A DNA stretch of 64,000 bases from Desulfobacterales bacterium (lineage in GTDB: Bacteria; Desulfobacterota; Desulfobacteria; Desulfobacterales; UBA2245), in contig JAXGZF010000003.1 of assembly GCA_040771865.1 (NCBI GenBank), positions 496,001-560,000 of the forward strand, in the 5' to 3' direction. A program made the translations under genes and the position numbers. This document shows positions 38,127 to 49,031 of the stretch, in pieces (position 1 is the stretch's first letter; each line of letters starts with the position of its first letter). The notes beneath the pieces were generated by a model that saw only the letters and a list, made by a program, of their open reading frames with translations, was not told the DNA's origin and did not search any database.

Positions 38127-40790
38127 ATGAGCCAGTACAATCTGAACCGAATCTTCAAGCCTCGTCAGGTGGCGGTAGTGGGCGCCAGCGAAAAGCCGGG
38201 AAGCATGGGCAATGCCCTGATGAAAAACCTGATGGATGGCAATTTCCCGGGAAAGCTGCTCCCGGTGAACCCGAAATACGAAACCGTGCATGGAATTCCG
38301 GCCGTTGGATCCGTCTCCGATCTGGAAGCGGGGGTGGATCTGGTGATTGTCAGCACGCCGATTCAAACAGCTCCAGGGATCGTGCAGGAATGTGTCGAAA
38401 AGAAGATCGGCGGAGCTATCGTCATCTCGGCCGGAGGAAAGGAGATCGGCGAAAAGGGAAGGGAAATCGAGGAACAGATTCGCGCGACGGCATACGCCGG
38501 CGGACTTCGCATCGTGGGCCCGAACTGCCTGGGCATTGTCCAGCCTCACAAAAAACTCAATGCCAGTTTTGCAACCGAAATGCCCGATGCCGGCGACCTG
38601 GCATTTGTCTCTCAGAGCGGCGCGATCTGCACGGCGATTCTGGATCTGGCGTTCAAGGAGCATATCGGCTTCAGCCATTTTGTCAGCATTGGATCGATGC
38701 TGGACGTGGATTTCGGAGACCTGATCGATTATCTTGGAAATGATTCATCGACCAAAAGCATTCTGCTTTATATCGAAAGCCTGACGAATTTTCGAAAATT
38801 CATGAGCGCCGCACGTTCAGTGTCACGTGTCAAGCCCATCATTGTTCTGAAAGCGGGCAGAAGCGCGGCCGGCGCAAAAGCCGCCGCCTCCCATACCGGC
38901 GCCATGGCCGGGGAAGACGCGGTGTACGACGCCGCTTTCAAACGGGCCGGCATTGTGCGCGTGGACACGATTCAGGATCTCTTCGATTGCGCCGAACTGA
39001 TGTCCAAACAGCCGCGGCAGAGCGGGTCGCGTCTGGCAATTGTCACCAACGGCGGAGGCCCCGGCGTGATGGCCGCGGACATGCTTGCACAATATGGTCT
39101 GGAACCGGCGCCCCTTAACCCCGAAACGGTTCAGAAACTCAATGCGTTTTTGCCGGCATACTGGAGCCGCAACAACCCAATTGATATTCTCGGTGACGCG
39201 CCTCCGGAACGCTTTCGCCGAACCCTGGAAATCTGTTTCGACGAAAAAGACATGGATGCCGTCTGCGTCATTCTGGTGCCCACGGCCCTAACCGACTCCG
39301 TGGCGATCGCTGAAACACTGGTATCCATGATGAAAGGGCGCCGGTTTCCGGTCTTTGCCTGCTGGATGGGCGGGAAAAGCGCCGAACGGGCCGACGAGAT
39401 TCTGAATCAGGCGGGAATTCCCACTTATAAAACACCGGAACGGGCGGTCAGGGCTTTTCTGTATATGGCTGAATATGGCAGGAACATGGAATCCCTTCTG
39501 GAAATCGTGCCCACCCTGACCCGGCACATTGCCTTTGATTCCGAAAAGGCCCGGCGGCTGTTTGCCGGGGCGCCGACCGAAGGCTTTATGCTGGAGTCGG
39601 ATTCCAAGGAGATTCTTCTGGCTTACGGTCTGCCCGTAATCCGGACGGAAATGGCCCGGTCCGAGGAGGAAGCCTCCCGATTGGCGCGGGACATGGGTTA
39701 TCCACTGGTCATGAAGCTTCATTCTCCGGACATCACCCACAAAACCGATGCCGGCGGGGTTCGGCTGGACCTGCGTTCGAAGGAGGATGTTGCTGCGGCT
39801 TTTACAGGGATTGTGGAATCGGCCCGGCGGTACAAACCCGAAGCCCGGATTGAGGGTGTCACCATGCAGCCGTTTTTTTCAAACCCGGATTTTGAAATAC
39901 TTCTGGGTGCGAAAAGGGATGCCAACTTCGGCCCGGTGATTCTATTCGGAATGGGAGGCATCTATACGGAAGTCCTCAAGGACCGGGCACTGGGGCTTCC
40001 TCCCATGAACCGCCTGCTGGCCCGGCGCATGATGCAGGAGACCCGAGCCTGGACTCTGTTGCAGGGATACCGGCACCGGCCGCCGGCGGACATGGAGCGC
40101 CTTGAAGAAATCATTATCCGGCTCTCCCAGCTCTTGATCGATTTTCCCCAGATTGCCGAACTGGACATGAATCCGGTTCTGATCAAGGATGGAAAGCTTG
40201 TTGCGGTGGATGCCCGCATTCTTGTATCGCCTTCGGACAAGCCATCCCCGCAGCATCTGGTGATCAGTCCGTATCCGGAAGAGGATGAGACTCGTCTGGT
40301 CACCGAAAAAGGCGTCAAGCTTTTCATTCGCCCTGTCAGGCCGGAGGATTCGATGATTTTCCGGGATCTGTTTCAGGTGCTGTCGCCCGCAAGCATTTAT
40401 AATCGCTTCTTCCGGTATGTTAAGGAATTTACGCCCGAAATGCTGGCCCGGTTTACCCAGATCGATTACGATCGGGAGATCGCCATGGTGGCCCTCGAGG
40501 ATGAGCCTGAATCAGATCGGAAGCTCGGTGTGGCAAGAATCATCGGAGACCCGGATGGAAAGGAGGGGGAGTTCGCCATTGTGATCGGCGATCCATGGCA
40601 AGGAAAAGGGATTGGTTTAAGTCTTCTGGGCAAATGCCTGTCTGTCGCGAAAAAACGGGGATTCAAAACCGTTCGAGGAATTGTGCTGCGAGGAAACCAG
40701 GGCATGCTCGAAATGGGGAAAAAACTCGGTTTTCAGGTGCAACAGCACTCCGATTCCGGAGAAATCGAGCTTGTCATACACTTTGATTGA
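38127..40790 (+). CDS. Acetate-CoA ligase-like / GNAT protein lysine acetyltransferase (Pat/PatZ type)
   Basis: VAVVGAS, VGPNCLG, SQSGA, ASHTGAMAG, THKTDAGGV, ELDMNP, C-terminal GNAT (FTQIDYDREIA, WQGKGIG). Confidence 0.93.
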   Translation: MSQYNLNRIFKPRQVAVVGASEKPGSMGNALMKNLMDGNFPGKLLPVNPKYETVHGIPAVGSVSDLEAGVDLVIVSTPIQTAPGIVQECVEKKIGGAIVISAGGKEIGEKGREIEEQIRATAYAGGLRIVGPNCLGIVQPHKKLNASFATEMPDAGDLAFVSQSGAICTAILDLAFKEHIGFSHFVSIGSMLDVDFGDLIDYLGNDSSTKSILLYIESLTNFRKFMSAARSVSRVKPIIVLKAGRSAAGAKAAASHTGAMAGEDAVYDAAFKRAGIVRVDTIQDLFDCAELMSKQPRQSGSRLAIVTNGGGPGVMAADMLAQYGLEPAPLNPETVQKLNAFLPAYWSRNNPIDILGDAPPERFRRTLEICFDEKDMDAVCVILVPTALTDSVAIAETLVSMMKGRRFPVFACWMGGKSAERADEILNQAGIPTYKTPERAVRAFLYMAEYGRNMESLLEIVPTLTRHIAFDSEKARRLFAGAPTEGFMLESDSKEILLAYGLPVIRTEMARSEEEASRLARDMGYPLVMKLHSPDITHKTDAGGVRLDLRSKEDVAAAFTGIVESARRYKPEARIEGVTMQPFFSNPDFEILLGAKRDANFGPVILFGMGGIYTEVLKDRALGLPPMNRLLARRMMQETRAWTLLQGYRHRPPADMERLEEIIIRLSQLLIDFPQIAELDMNPVLIKDGKLVAVDARILVSPSDKPSPQHLVISPYPEEDETRLVTEKGVKLFIRPVRPEDSMIFRDLFQVLSPASIYNRFFRYVKEFTPEMLARFTQIDYDREIAMVALEDEPESDRKLGVARIIGDPDGKEGEFAIVIGDPWQGKGIGLSLLGKCLSVAKKRGFKTVRGIVLRGNQGMLEMGKKLGFQVQQHSDSGEIELVIHFD

Positions 40791-40927
40791 CGGACCGAAC
40801 GCGATCTTCTGAAACGCATGTTGAACATTGGGCCCCTGGAAACAGGGCATCGCTGATCGTCCTTGTAAGAAGTCGATTTTCTTTCGTCGGATCAACTCAA
40901 AGACCGCCAATTAGAAAGAGGATTTAT

Positions 40928-42079
40928 ATGGATACGATGACAATGGAAATCCTGAAGAAGATTATTCTGTCGAGCCATACGGACTGGTGCGTTTCGCTCT
41001 TCATGCCAACCCACCGGGCAGGTCGGGAAATGGAACAGGACCCGATTCGCTTCAAGAATTTGCTTCGAGAGGTGGAGGATCGTTTGACAGCTAAGGGTTT
41101 GCGTTCGCCGGAGGTGCGGAAGATGCTCGAAGCTCCTCGTCGTCTCTTGCAGGATACCGCTTTCTGGCAGCGCCAGAGCGACGGTCTGGCCGTATTCTTT
41201 ACGACGAAACAAATCGAATTTTTCCGTCTTCCATATCCATTTGAAGAGCTGGCAGTGATTTCCAACCGTTTTCATGTCAAACCGCTGCTTTCCTTATTTA
41301 CCAGCGACGGCTGCTTTTACATTCTCGCTTTGAGCCAGAACGGCGTAAGGCTGCTTGAGGGGACTCGGGACTCTGTAGACGAGGTCGACCTGAATACGGC
41401 GCCTAAAAGCCTGTCCGAAGCATTTCTTGCCGGGCCTTTGGAGAAACAACTGCAGTTTCAAACCGGAACGCCCTCTGGCACGGGAATGCGCCGGGCCATG
41501 TTTTTCGGACATGACGCCACCAACGAAGAGAAGAAAAGGATTGTCCGATGGTTCGGCATGATTGACAAGGAGCTGTCCAAACTTTTGGAAGGCGGCAGAT
41601 CCCCTCTGGTGGCGGCCGGTGTCGAACACCTTCTTTCCCTTTACAAAGAGGCGAATACCTATCCGTATCTTGTTGAGAAGGGGATTTTGGGAAATCCGGA
41701 GGAACTGAAGCCGGAAGAACTGCACGGCCAGGCGTGGACTCTCGTTCAACCCGTCTTTATTCAGGCCCGCCAAAAAGCTGCTGCTGATTATCTTCAATTG
41801 GCGGGGACGGGCCAAACCGCCGCCCGGGTTGAAGAAGCGGTCCCGGCAGCCACTCAGGGCCGGATTGATGTGTTGTTCGTTGCGCTTGGCGTTCAGGTCT
41901 GGGGGCGTTTTGATTCGAAAGCTTATAAAGTCCACTTGCATGATGTCCCTGAACCCGGAGACGAAGATCTCCTGGATCTGGCGGCTGTTCATACCTGGCT
42001 CAATCGAGGCGTGGTCTTCGCTGTTGCACCGGAAGATGTACCTGGCGGCAGCCATCTTGCAGCCATTTACCGCTATTGA
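40928..42079 (+). CDS. Bacterial aeRF1-like protein (baeRF3/7 type; Balon-like candidate)
   Basis: CVSLFMPTHRAG..QDPIRFKNLL, DGLAVF, FHVKPLL, ILALSQNGVRL, GRIDVLFV, EDLLDLAAV, AAIYRY; no GGQ. Confidence 0.8.
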   Translation: MDTMTMEILKKIILSSHTDWCVSLFMPTHRAGREMEQDPIRFKNLLREVEDRLTAKGLRSPEVRKMLEAPRRLLQDTAFWQRQSDGLAVFFTTKQIEFFRLPYPFEELAVISNRFHVKPLLSLFTSDGCFYILALSQNGVRLLEGTRDSVDEVDLNTAPKSLSEAFLAGPLEKQLQFQTGTPSGTGMRRAMFFGHDATNEEKKRIVRWFGMIDKELSKLLEGGRSPLVAAGVEHLLSLYKEANTYPYLVEKGILGNPEELKPEELHGQAWTLVQPVFIQARQKAAADYLQLAGTGQTAARVEEAVPAATQGRIDVLFVALGVQVWGRFDSKAYKVHLHDVPEPGDEDLLDLAAVHTWLNRGVVFAVAPEDVPGGSHLAAIYRY

Positions 42080-42244
42080 GAAAGATGACGAAGGGAATTG
42101 CCGCTGACTTGATTGTGCCGCTGTAATTGAACGGGACGGAGCATCCTGGCACGGGGTTCTGGAAAAATATTCACCATGGTTTGCATTTGGCGGACAAATC
42201 CGATATAAGGGCCAAAACCCCAATAAAAATAAAGGAGATATTTA

Positions 42245-42673
42245 ATGAGACAGGCCCAGAACGGCGACAAGGTGCGCGTTCATTACACGGGAACCCTTGA
42301 GGACGGAACGGTTTTCGATTCCTCCAGGCAGCGCGATCCGCTTGAATTCACCCTGGGGCAGGGCATGCTGATACCCGGCTTTGAAACCGGCGTGCTCGGC
42401 ATGTCCCGGGGAGACAAGAAGACCGTTACGATCGCCCCGGAAGACGGATACGGCGAGCATCATGAAGCCATGGTCGCCAGAATCGACCGGAACGACATTC
42501 CGGAGGATCTCAAACCGGAAATCGGTCAACAGCTTCAGGTCTCCCGGCCTGACGGAAAAACCTTCAACGTCATTCTCACCGCAATGGATGAAATCAGCAT
42601 CACCGTTGACGGCAATCATCCACTGGCCGGAAAAACCCTCAAATTTGAACTCGAACTCGTTGAATTTGCCTGA
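42245..42673 (+). CDS. FKBP-type peptidyl-prolyl isomerase (SlyD/FkpB-like, no His-rich tail)
   Basis: VRVHYTGTLEDGTVFDSS, LIPGFE, DGNHPLAGKTLKF. Confidence 0.95.
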   Translation: MRQAQNGDKVRVHYTGTLEDGTVFDSSRQRDPLEFTLGQGMLIPGFETGVLGMSRGDKKTVTIAPEDGYGEHHEAMVARIDRNDIPEDLKPEIGQQLQVSRPDGKTFNVILTAMDEISITVDGNHPLAGKTLKFELELVEFA

Positions 42674-42747
42674 TCAATTCCAGTCAATTTTTCAAAAGAA
42701 TGTCCTCTCCCGATTCAAACGGGAGGGGACATCCGCCTTGCCTGCGT

Positions 42748-44691
42748 TTAGCCCTGCACCTGATTCAGCCGCCAGTAGAATCCCTGCCGGGCCATGAGTT
42801 CGGCATGGGTTCCGCTTTCCACAATACGCCCGTCCTTCAGCAAAAGTATCTGATCGGCGTTTCTGGCTGTGGCCAGGCGATGGGCCACCAGAATGCTGGT
42901 GCGCCCTTTCATCAGGTTGGCCATGGCCTGCTGAATGTCCTGCTCGGTTCGGGAATCGATATACGAGGTCGCCTCATCGAGAATGATCAGCTCGGGATCA
43001 CGGGCTATGGCCCTGGCCATGGCTATCAGCTGTCGTTCTCCGCTGGACAGGGACGACCCGCCTTCGGATAAAACCGTATCCAGCCCCTTGGGCAGCCGGC
43101 GGATCAGGTTGCGGCAGCAGGCCGCATCGATGATGCGTTCCATCTGATCATTGCCGATTTCACCGTTTCCACCGACGATGTTTTCACGAACGGTGGCGGA
43201 AAAAATAAACGGATCCTGTGCGACCAGCGCCATTCGAGCCCGAAGATTTTCAGGATTCCAGCGGGAAACATCCTTTCCCGAAACCAGAATGCGGCCCTGA
43301 TCCGGCGCGTAAAACCGCACGATCAGATGGATCACCGAGGACTTTCCGGAACCCGTGGGCCCTACCAGCGCCAGGGTTTTTCCGGCTTGAACGCGAAAGG
43401 AAACATCCTTGAGAACGGGTTCGGCCGGCAAATAACTGAAGCAGACGTTTTCAAAGACGATGTCGGAAACATGATCGGGGTCAGGGAAACCGTCCGGTGC
43501 AGAGGGGACACGATCCTCGGAGTCCAGAATGAGAAAGATGCGTTCCGCCGAAGCCATGGCGTTCTGCATGATGTTGTATTTTTCGGCGATGTCGCGGATC
43601 GGGGTAAAGAACATCTTCATGTACGATAAAAACGCCACCAGTTCGCCCAGGCTGATATGTCCGGAAACGACTCGGCCGCCGCCGTGGTAGATCACCAGCG
43701 CCATGGCCACCGTACCGAGCAGTTCGACCACCGGCATGAAAAGCGCAAACACATGAATCTGCCGCATGCCGGCCAGGTAATGCTCGTGGTTCAGTGTCTT
43801 GAAATCCCTGAGATTATCCGGCCCGCGGCGGAAGAGCTGAATGATGGAAATGCCGCCGATGGTTTCGGCGAACCAGGTGTTGATCTCGGCGATCTTGATG
43901 CGGAGCGACCGGAAGGCTTCCCGGGCCTGGGAGGCAAAAAACACCGAAGCCAGTGCGACAAAAGGAATGACGGTGAAGGTGACCAGCGCCAGCTGCCAGT
44001 GAAGCGCCAGCAATACGATAGAGATGCCGACCAGCAGAAACACATCCTGAAAGACAAAGGTGATTACCGAAGTAAACAGTTCGTGCATGTTCTGAACGTC
44101 GCTGGTCACCCGGGTGACCAGCCTGCCGACGGGGTTGCGGGTGAAAAAGGCGGATGAAAGATCCTGAATATGAGCATAGAGCCGAACGCGAAGATCGTGC
44201 ATGATCTTCTGCCCGGCGTACTCCATGATCCAGACCTGAAGAAAGTTCAGAACAAAGCTCAGTGTTACGCAGAACAGGAAAATTCCTGCCATGCGGGTGA
44301 CGCCGATCAGATCGTTTTTTCGAAGCGCAAGTCGATCTTTGAAAGAAATTTTTTCGAGGTCTGTCAGTTCGATTCTGGCTTCATCAGCCTGAATCTCGAA
44401 AAGTTCGGAATATCTTTCCACAACAGATCGGATTTTTTCGTCTCGGAGATCCGAAACAAGATGCCGAACGGCGCTTTTCTTCGAATCGCCGGGCACAATA
44501 TATTGATCGATGGCGATCTTGGTCAGATACGGCAGCGCCAGGTCCAGAATGGTGATCAGAACGACCAGAAACACCGAGAGGCCCAGAAGCCGCCGGTACG
44601 GAGCTACAAACGGAAACATCCGTCGCATCAGACGGATGTCGTAAGGCCTTCCCAGCTGCTGTTCCTCGAAATATCCGTAGTCAGCGTGCAT
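42748..44691 (-). CDS. ABC exporter half-transporter (MdlB-like)
   Basis: Start MHADYGYFEE overlapping the upstream gene; PVGRLVTRVTSD, GPTGSGKS, LSSGERQL, DEATS. Confidence 0.9.
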   Translation of the reverse strand: MHADYGYFEEQQLGRPYDIRLMRRMFPFVAPYRRLLGLSVFLVVLITILDLALPYLTKIAIDQYIVPGDSKKSAVRHLVSDLRDEKIRSVVERYSELFEIQADEARIELTDLEKISFKDRLALRKNDLIGVTRMAGIFLFCVTLSFVLNFLQVWIMEYAGQKIMHDLRVRLYAHIQDLSSAFFTRNPVGRLVTRVTSDVQNMHELFTSVITFVFQDVFLLVGISIVLLALHWQLALVTFTVIPFVALASVFFASQAREAFRSLRIKIAEINTWFAETIGGISIIQLFRRGPDNLRDFKTLNHEHYLAGMRQIHVFALFMPVVELLGTVAMALVIYHGGGRVVSGHISLGELVAFLSYMKMFFTPIRDIAEKYNIMQNAMASAERIFLILDSEDRVPSAPDGFPDPDHVSDIVFENVCFSYLPAEPVLKDVSFRVQAGKTLALVGPTGSGKSSVIHLIVRFYAPDQGRILVSGKDVSRWNPENLRARMALVAQDPFIFSATVRENIVGGNGEIGNDQMERIIDAACCRNLIRRLPKGLDTVLSEGGSSLSSGERQLIAMARAIARDPELIILDEATSYIDSRTEQDIQQAMANLMKGRTSILVAHRLATARNADQILLLKDGRIVESGTHAELMARQGFYWRLNQVQG

Positions 44692-46426
44692 GCACCGCCT
44701 CTTCGATCTGCTGCAGCCGGAAGGTTTTGGCGTAGTAGCCGCCAAGCGCCAGCAGGCTTTCATGATTTCCGGATTCGGTGATCCGCCCCTGATCCAGAAC
44801 GATGATCTGATCAGCGAAACGCACCGCCGAAAGCCGGTGGGAAACGATGATCGTCGTGCGTTTTCCCGCCATTTCCCTGAGCGTTTCGATGATGCCGGCA
44901 GCGGTCTGGGTGTCCACCTGGCTGATCGGATCATCGAGAATCAAAACCGGTGCAGGATTGATCAAGGCCCGGGCCAGGGCGATGCGCTGCTTCTGGCCTC
45001 CGGAAAGAACCACGCCTTTTTCTCCCACCAGCGTTTCAAAGCCTTTTTCAAAGGCCATCACCGTCTCGTACAGACCCGCGGCCCAGCTTGCGCGAATCAT
45101 CTCATCGGGGGTAGCGTCGGATTTTCCGAAAAGAATATTTTCGGCAATGGTCCGGGCGAACAAAAAGGGTTCCTGAGGCATAAAAGAGATCTGAGTCCGC
45201 AGATCCTCGATCTTGATTCTGCGAATGTCTATGTCGTCAAGCAGAATTTTCCCGTTCGAAACGTCAAAAATTCGGGGAATCAGGCCCACCAGGGCTGTCT
45301 TGCCGCTTCCGGGCGGCCCCACGATTCCCAGAACCTTTCCGGGCCTGACAAGGAAATCAATTTCGCTGAGCGCCTTCGGGCCCGAGGGAGGGTAGGAAAA
45401 ACAGACCCTCTCAAACCGGATGCGACCATTGGCTTTTTGAATCGATCGGGCATCGGGCGCATCGGCGATCTTCGGCAGGGTCTGGGATATGACCTGAAGA
45501 CGGTCCAAGGAGGCTCGGCCGCGCTGTATCAGATTTGTCACCCAGCCGATGGCCATCATCGGCCAGGTCAGCAGGCCGATGTAGCTGATAAAGGCGACGA
45601 AATCGCCGGGGCTGATCTCCAGCGCGATGGTCTGGCGGCCGCCGAGAAAAAAGACCAGCGCCAAGCTGAGGTTGGAAAAAAACATCATCAGCGGGAAAAA
45701 GGAGCCGGTGAGTTTCACCAGGTTCATGTTACTTTTCACGTAGGAACGGGAAATGTCCGAAACGCGTCGGATTTCATCGGCCTTCCGGTTGTACGCCTTG
45801 ATGATGCGGATGCCGGCAAACCGCTCCCGGACCGCTTCGGTCATATTCGAAAATTCCTGCTGCACGCCAAGGTAGCGCCGATGCATTTTGCGGCTGAAAA
45901 TCCGCGTGCCGAAGATGATCAGCGGGGCGGGAATCAGCGCGAAGAGCGTCAGCCGAAAGTTGATGAAGGCCATGAATCCCACGGCGGCCGTGCCGAGAAC
46001 CACCGCATCCGTCAGAGCCACCAGCCCCATTCCCATGGCCATGCGTACGTTTTGAATATCGTTGGTGGCGTGCGCCATCAGGTCTCCGGTTTTCACCTTC
46101 TGAAAATACTCGGCAGAAAGATGCTGAACATGGGAAAACAACTGGTTTCTCAAGCCTTCTTCCACCCGGCGGGAAAAACCGATCAAACACCGGCGCCAGC
46201 CGTAACGAAACACGCTCATCAACAGCGCGATCACTGCCAGGTACAGGGCGTAGCGCATCAGAACGCCAGCACCGGCGGAAAAAAACGTCAGATCGTCAAC
46301 GGCCCGCTTGATGATCCGGGGAATGAACAGTTGAAGGAAGTCCACCGCAATCAGGCAGAAAATGCCGCAGAGGATCTGCAACCGCTGCTCAATAAAATAT
46401 GGCAAGATCAAGGATAAGGATTTCAC
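44681..46426 (-). CDS. ABC exporter half-transporter (MdlA-like)
   Basis: TGDLMAHATND, GPPGSGKT, LSGGQKQR, degenerate Walker B ILDD typical of heterodimeric exporters. Confidence 0.9.
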   Translation of the reverse strand: MKSLSLILPYFIEQRLQILCGIFCLIAVDFLQLFIPRIIKRAVDDLTFFSAGAGVLMRYALYLAVIALLMSVFRYGWRRCLIGFSRRVEEGLRNQLFSHVQHLSAEYFQKVKTGDLMAHATNDIQNVRMAMGMGLVALTDAVVLGTAAVGFMAFINFRLTLFALIPAPLIIFGTRIFSRKMHRRYLGVQQEFSNMTEAVRERFAGIRIIKAYNRKADEIRRVSDISRSYVKSNMNLVKLTGSFFPLMMFFSNLSLALVFFLGGRQTIALEISPGDFVAFISYIGLLTWPMMAIGWVTNLIQRGRASLDRLQVISQTLPKIADAPDARSIQKANGRIRFERVCFSYPPSGPKALSEIDFLVRPGKVLGIVGPPGSGKTALVGLIPRIFDVSNGKILLDDIDIRRIKIEDLRTQISFMPQEPFLFARTIAENILFGKSDATPDEMIRASWAAGLYETVMAFEKGFETLVGEKGVVLSGGQKQRIALARALINPAPVLILDDPISQVDTQTAAGIIETLREMAGKRTTIIVSHRLSAVRFADQIIVLDQGRITESGNHESLLALGGYYAKTFRLQQIEEAVHAR

Positions 46427-46707
46427 GACCGGCCTTTTGGGAAACGATGATCACAGCAGCGCTGTTTTATCCCGCCTTTTCCTCGGTCCTAAAAACCGGC
46501 GAAACGGGATAAAGTAAGTCTCGAGCTTCCTTGCAAGCGCATCTTGTTTAATGCCGGCCGGGAGCCGATGACCCAGGATTTCGTATAGCTTCAGAGCTTA
46601 CTTTTACACCACAACCGCATTAACGGTCAACGTTCGTATTCGAAAAACAAAATTCCTTTCATCGCTTACATTGACTTTCCCACGACCCGTTGCTATGAAT
46701 AACGACT

Positions 46708-48687
46708 ATGGAATTCGGCCAGCTTGTAGAATATATCGACCGGCAGAAAATACTTTGCGCCGTGGTTACTGAAGTGAACCCGCCGCGTCTTCGCCTTCTG
46801 AACGAGAACGATCGCGAGGTGAACCTTTCTGAAAGCCGTCTGGTTCACAGGGGAGTCTCCATGCTTGACCTGAGCCTGGGCCGCACTCGTACCGTGGAAC
46901 AGCTCAGGGAATCGTCCCGGCGCCGGGATGCCCTGATTGCGCAGATCGATATTCAGGAGCTCTGGGAGGTGCTGAACACCGAACAGGAATGGATCGACCT
47001 GGCCACCATGACAGCCTTCTGTTTTCCGAATAACCGCAACGACGATCATGAATCCGCGGTCATCCGAGCCTTCTTCAGGAACCGTAAATATTTCAAATTC
47101 AATGCGGACAGCTTCTTCCCCCATACTCCCGAACAGGTGCAAGCCATTATTCTCCGCGAGCAGGAACAGGCACGGCGAGACCAGATGATACAGAAAGCCG
47201 GTGAATGGCTTCAGGCTGTATTGGAAGGGAAAATCGTATCTGCGCCGCCGGATGCGCAAAAATACATCGACATCCTGCGTTCCTGTTTTTTGTTTGAAAA
47301 AGAAAGTCCGCACTGGGAACTGGGAAAAGCTGTCATGAACCGTGCGGGTATTGCCGACAGCGATGCTGTTTTCGATTTTTTGACAAAAGTCGGGGTGTGG
47401 TCCGAAACGGAAAACACCGATCTGTATCGGTTTAAAATTTCCGTTGAATTTTCCGAACCGGTTTTAGAAGCAGCGCAGAATCTTCTTGTAAGATCAAAAC
47501 CGCCGGCCGATAACCGGCGGGATCTGACCGGCATGAGCCTGATCACGATTGACGGCCAGGCAACACTGGATTTTGATGATGCCCTGAGTATTGAAAAAAC
47601 CGGTGACAACTATCTTCTGGGCGTGCATATTGCCGACGTCGGCCATTTCATTCAAAAAGATGATCCGATCGATCAGGAAGCCCGTATCCGGGGCAGTTCC
47701 ATTTATATGCCGGACTGCAGGATTCCCATGGTTCCCCCTGTTCTGGCCGAAGACCAGATGAGCCTGAAAGCCGGAAAAGTCCGTCCTGCCATCAGCCTGA
47801 TGGTCCGGCTGACGCCTCAGGCCGAAGTCATGGATTACGAAATATTTCCAAGCTTGATTCGAATACAACGGCAGCTGACCTATTATGAGGTCAACCTCAC
47901 CTCAGATATTGATCCCAAGATCATGGCGCTTCACAGACTCGCTGAATTTTTTCGAAAAAGCCGAATACAAAAAGATGCCGTTCATATCAGCCTTCCCGAA
48001 ATCAACATCTGGATCGATGAGGACGGAGACCTGGTGCTGAGCCGGATCAACCGGGAAAGCCCTGGCCGTATGCTGGTCTCCGAGATGATGATTCTGGCCA
48101 ACTGGTTGATGGCTCGTTTTCTTTCCGATCGACAGATGCCGGCCATTTTCCGCAGTCAGCCTGCTCCGCGGGATCGTTTGTTCAAAGGAATCAGCGACGA
48201 CCTGTTTCAAAACTGGATGCAGCGCAAGCTGTTGAACCGGTTTCTGTTGAGCCGGAATGCGGAGCCCCATTCAGGCCTGGGGCTGGACGCCTATACAACC
48301 GCCACATCGCCGATTCGAAAATATTCCGATCTGATTACCCAGCGTCAAATCCGCGCTGCTCTGGGGCTTGAATCCCCCTATACCGACGAAGAGATTGACC
48401 GGATCATTCAGATGCTCGAAGAACCCGTCAACGCCGTGGGCCGAATCCAGTACAGCCGCCATCGTTTCTGGCTGCTCAAGCGACTGGAATCCCGAAAAGG
48501 GGAAAAGGAACCCGCCCTGGTTCTGGCCAAGCGCCGCAACGGATATTCGGTCCTGCTGACCGACTATATGATCGAATGCGATCTTGCCGTGCCGGCCAAC
48601 ATCTCCTTGCGGCCGGAAGATCTGATTCGCGTGATGGTTCAGCATGTGGACGCCCGTAAGGATAAGATTTCAGTGTATTTGAGCTGA
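46708..48687 (+). CDS. RNase II/R family exoribonuclease (RNB domain)
   Basis: TIDGQATLDFDDALS, VHIADV, EMMILAN, HSGLGLDAY, TSPIRKYSDL. Confidence 0.93.
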   Translation: MEFGQLVEYIDRQKILCAVVTEVNPPRLRLLNENDREVNLSESRLVHRGVSMLDLSLGRTRTVEQLRESSRRRDALIAQIDIQELWEVLNTEQEWIDLATMTAFCFPNNRNDDHESAVIRAFFRNRKYFKFNADSFFPHTPEQVQAIILREQEQARRDQMIQKAGEWLQAVLEGKIVSAPPDAQKYIDILRSCFLFEKESPHWELGKAVMNRAGIADSDAVFDFLTKVGVWSETENTDLYRFKISVEFSEPVLEAAQNLLVRSKPPADNRRDLTGMSLITIDGQATLDFDDALSIEKTGDNYLLGVHIADVGHFIQKDDPIDQEARIRGSSIYMPDCRIPMVPPVLAEDQMSLKAGKVRPAISLMVRLTPQAEVMDYEIFPSLIRIQRQLTYYEVNLTSDIDPKIMALHRLAEFFRKSRIQKDAVHISLPEINIWIDEDGDLVLSRINRESPGRMLVSEMMILANWLMARFLSDRQMPAIFRSQPAPRDRLFKGISDDLFQNWMQRKLLNRFLLSRNAEPHSGLGLDAYTTATSPIRKYSDLITQRQIRAALGLESPYTDEEIDRIIQMLEEPVNAVGRIQYSRHRFWLLKRLESRKGEKEPALVLAKRRNGYSVLLTDYMIECDLAVPANISLRPEDLIRVMVQHVDARKDKISVYLS

Positions 48688-49031
48688 TGTCCGTGGTGGT
48701 CCGCATCGCGGAACGGCCTGCATGTCATTGTTGATCGATTTTTCCGGCTGAAGCCCTTATTATCAGTTGCGGCAAGCGATGCCATTCGGCAAAATCATTT
48801 TTTGAGTTTAACTTATTGACTTAATTGTTTATATCTGAAATATTTATTTTATCTGATTCCCAAACCGAGGTCGGAATTTTAAGAAATCAGACGGGGTTTC
48901 ATTGGGTTTTCATTTTTTCAAATATATGATATGGAACCAAAATTTGAAAAAGATTGCATGATTGTCAGCAAACAATCAATTTAATTCAGCTTAACAGATT
49001 CAATAAGATAATATTCAGGATTTGAGGCATC

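Noticed and set aside
44692..44934. Extended N-terminus of the 728-aa ABC ORF
   Set aside because: It overlaps the upstream ABC gene in another frame; the plausible start is ATG 44691.
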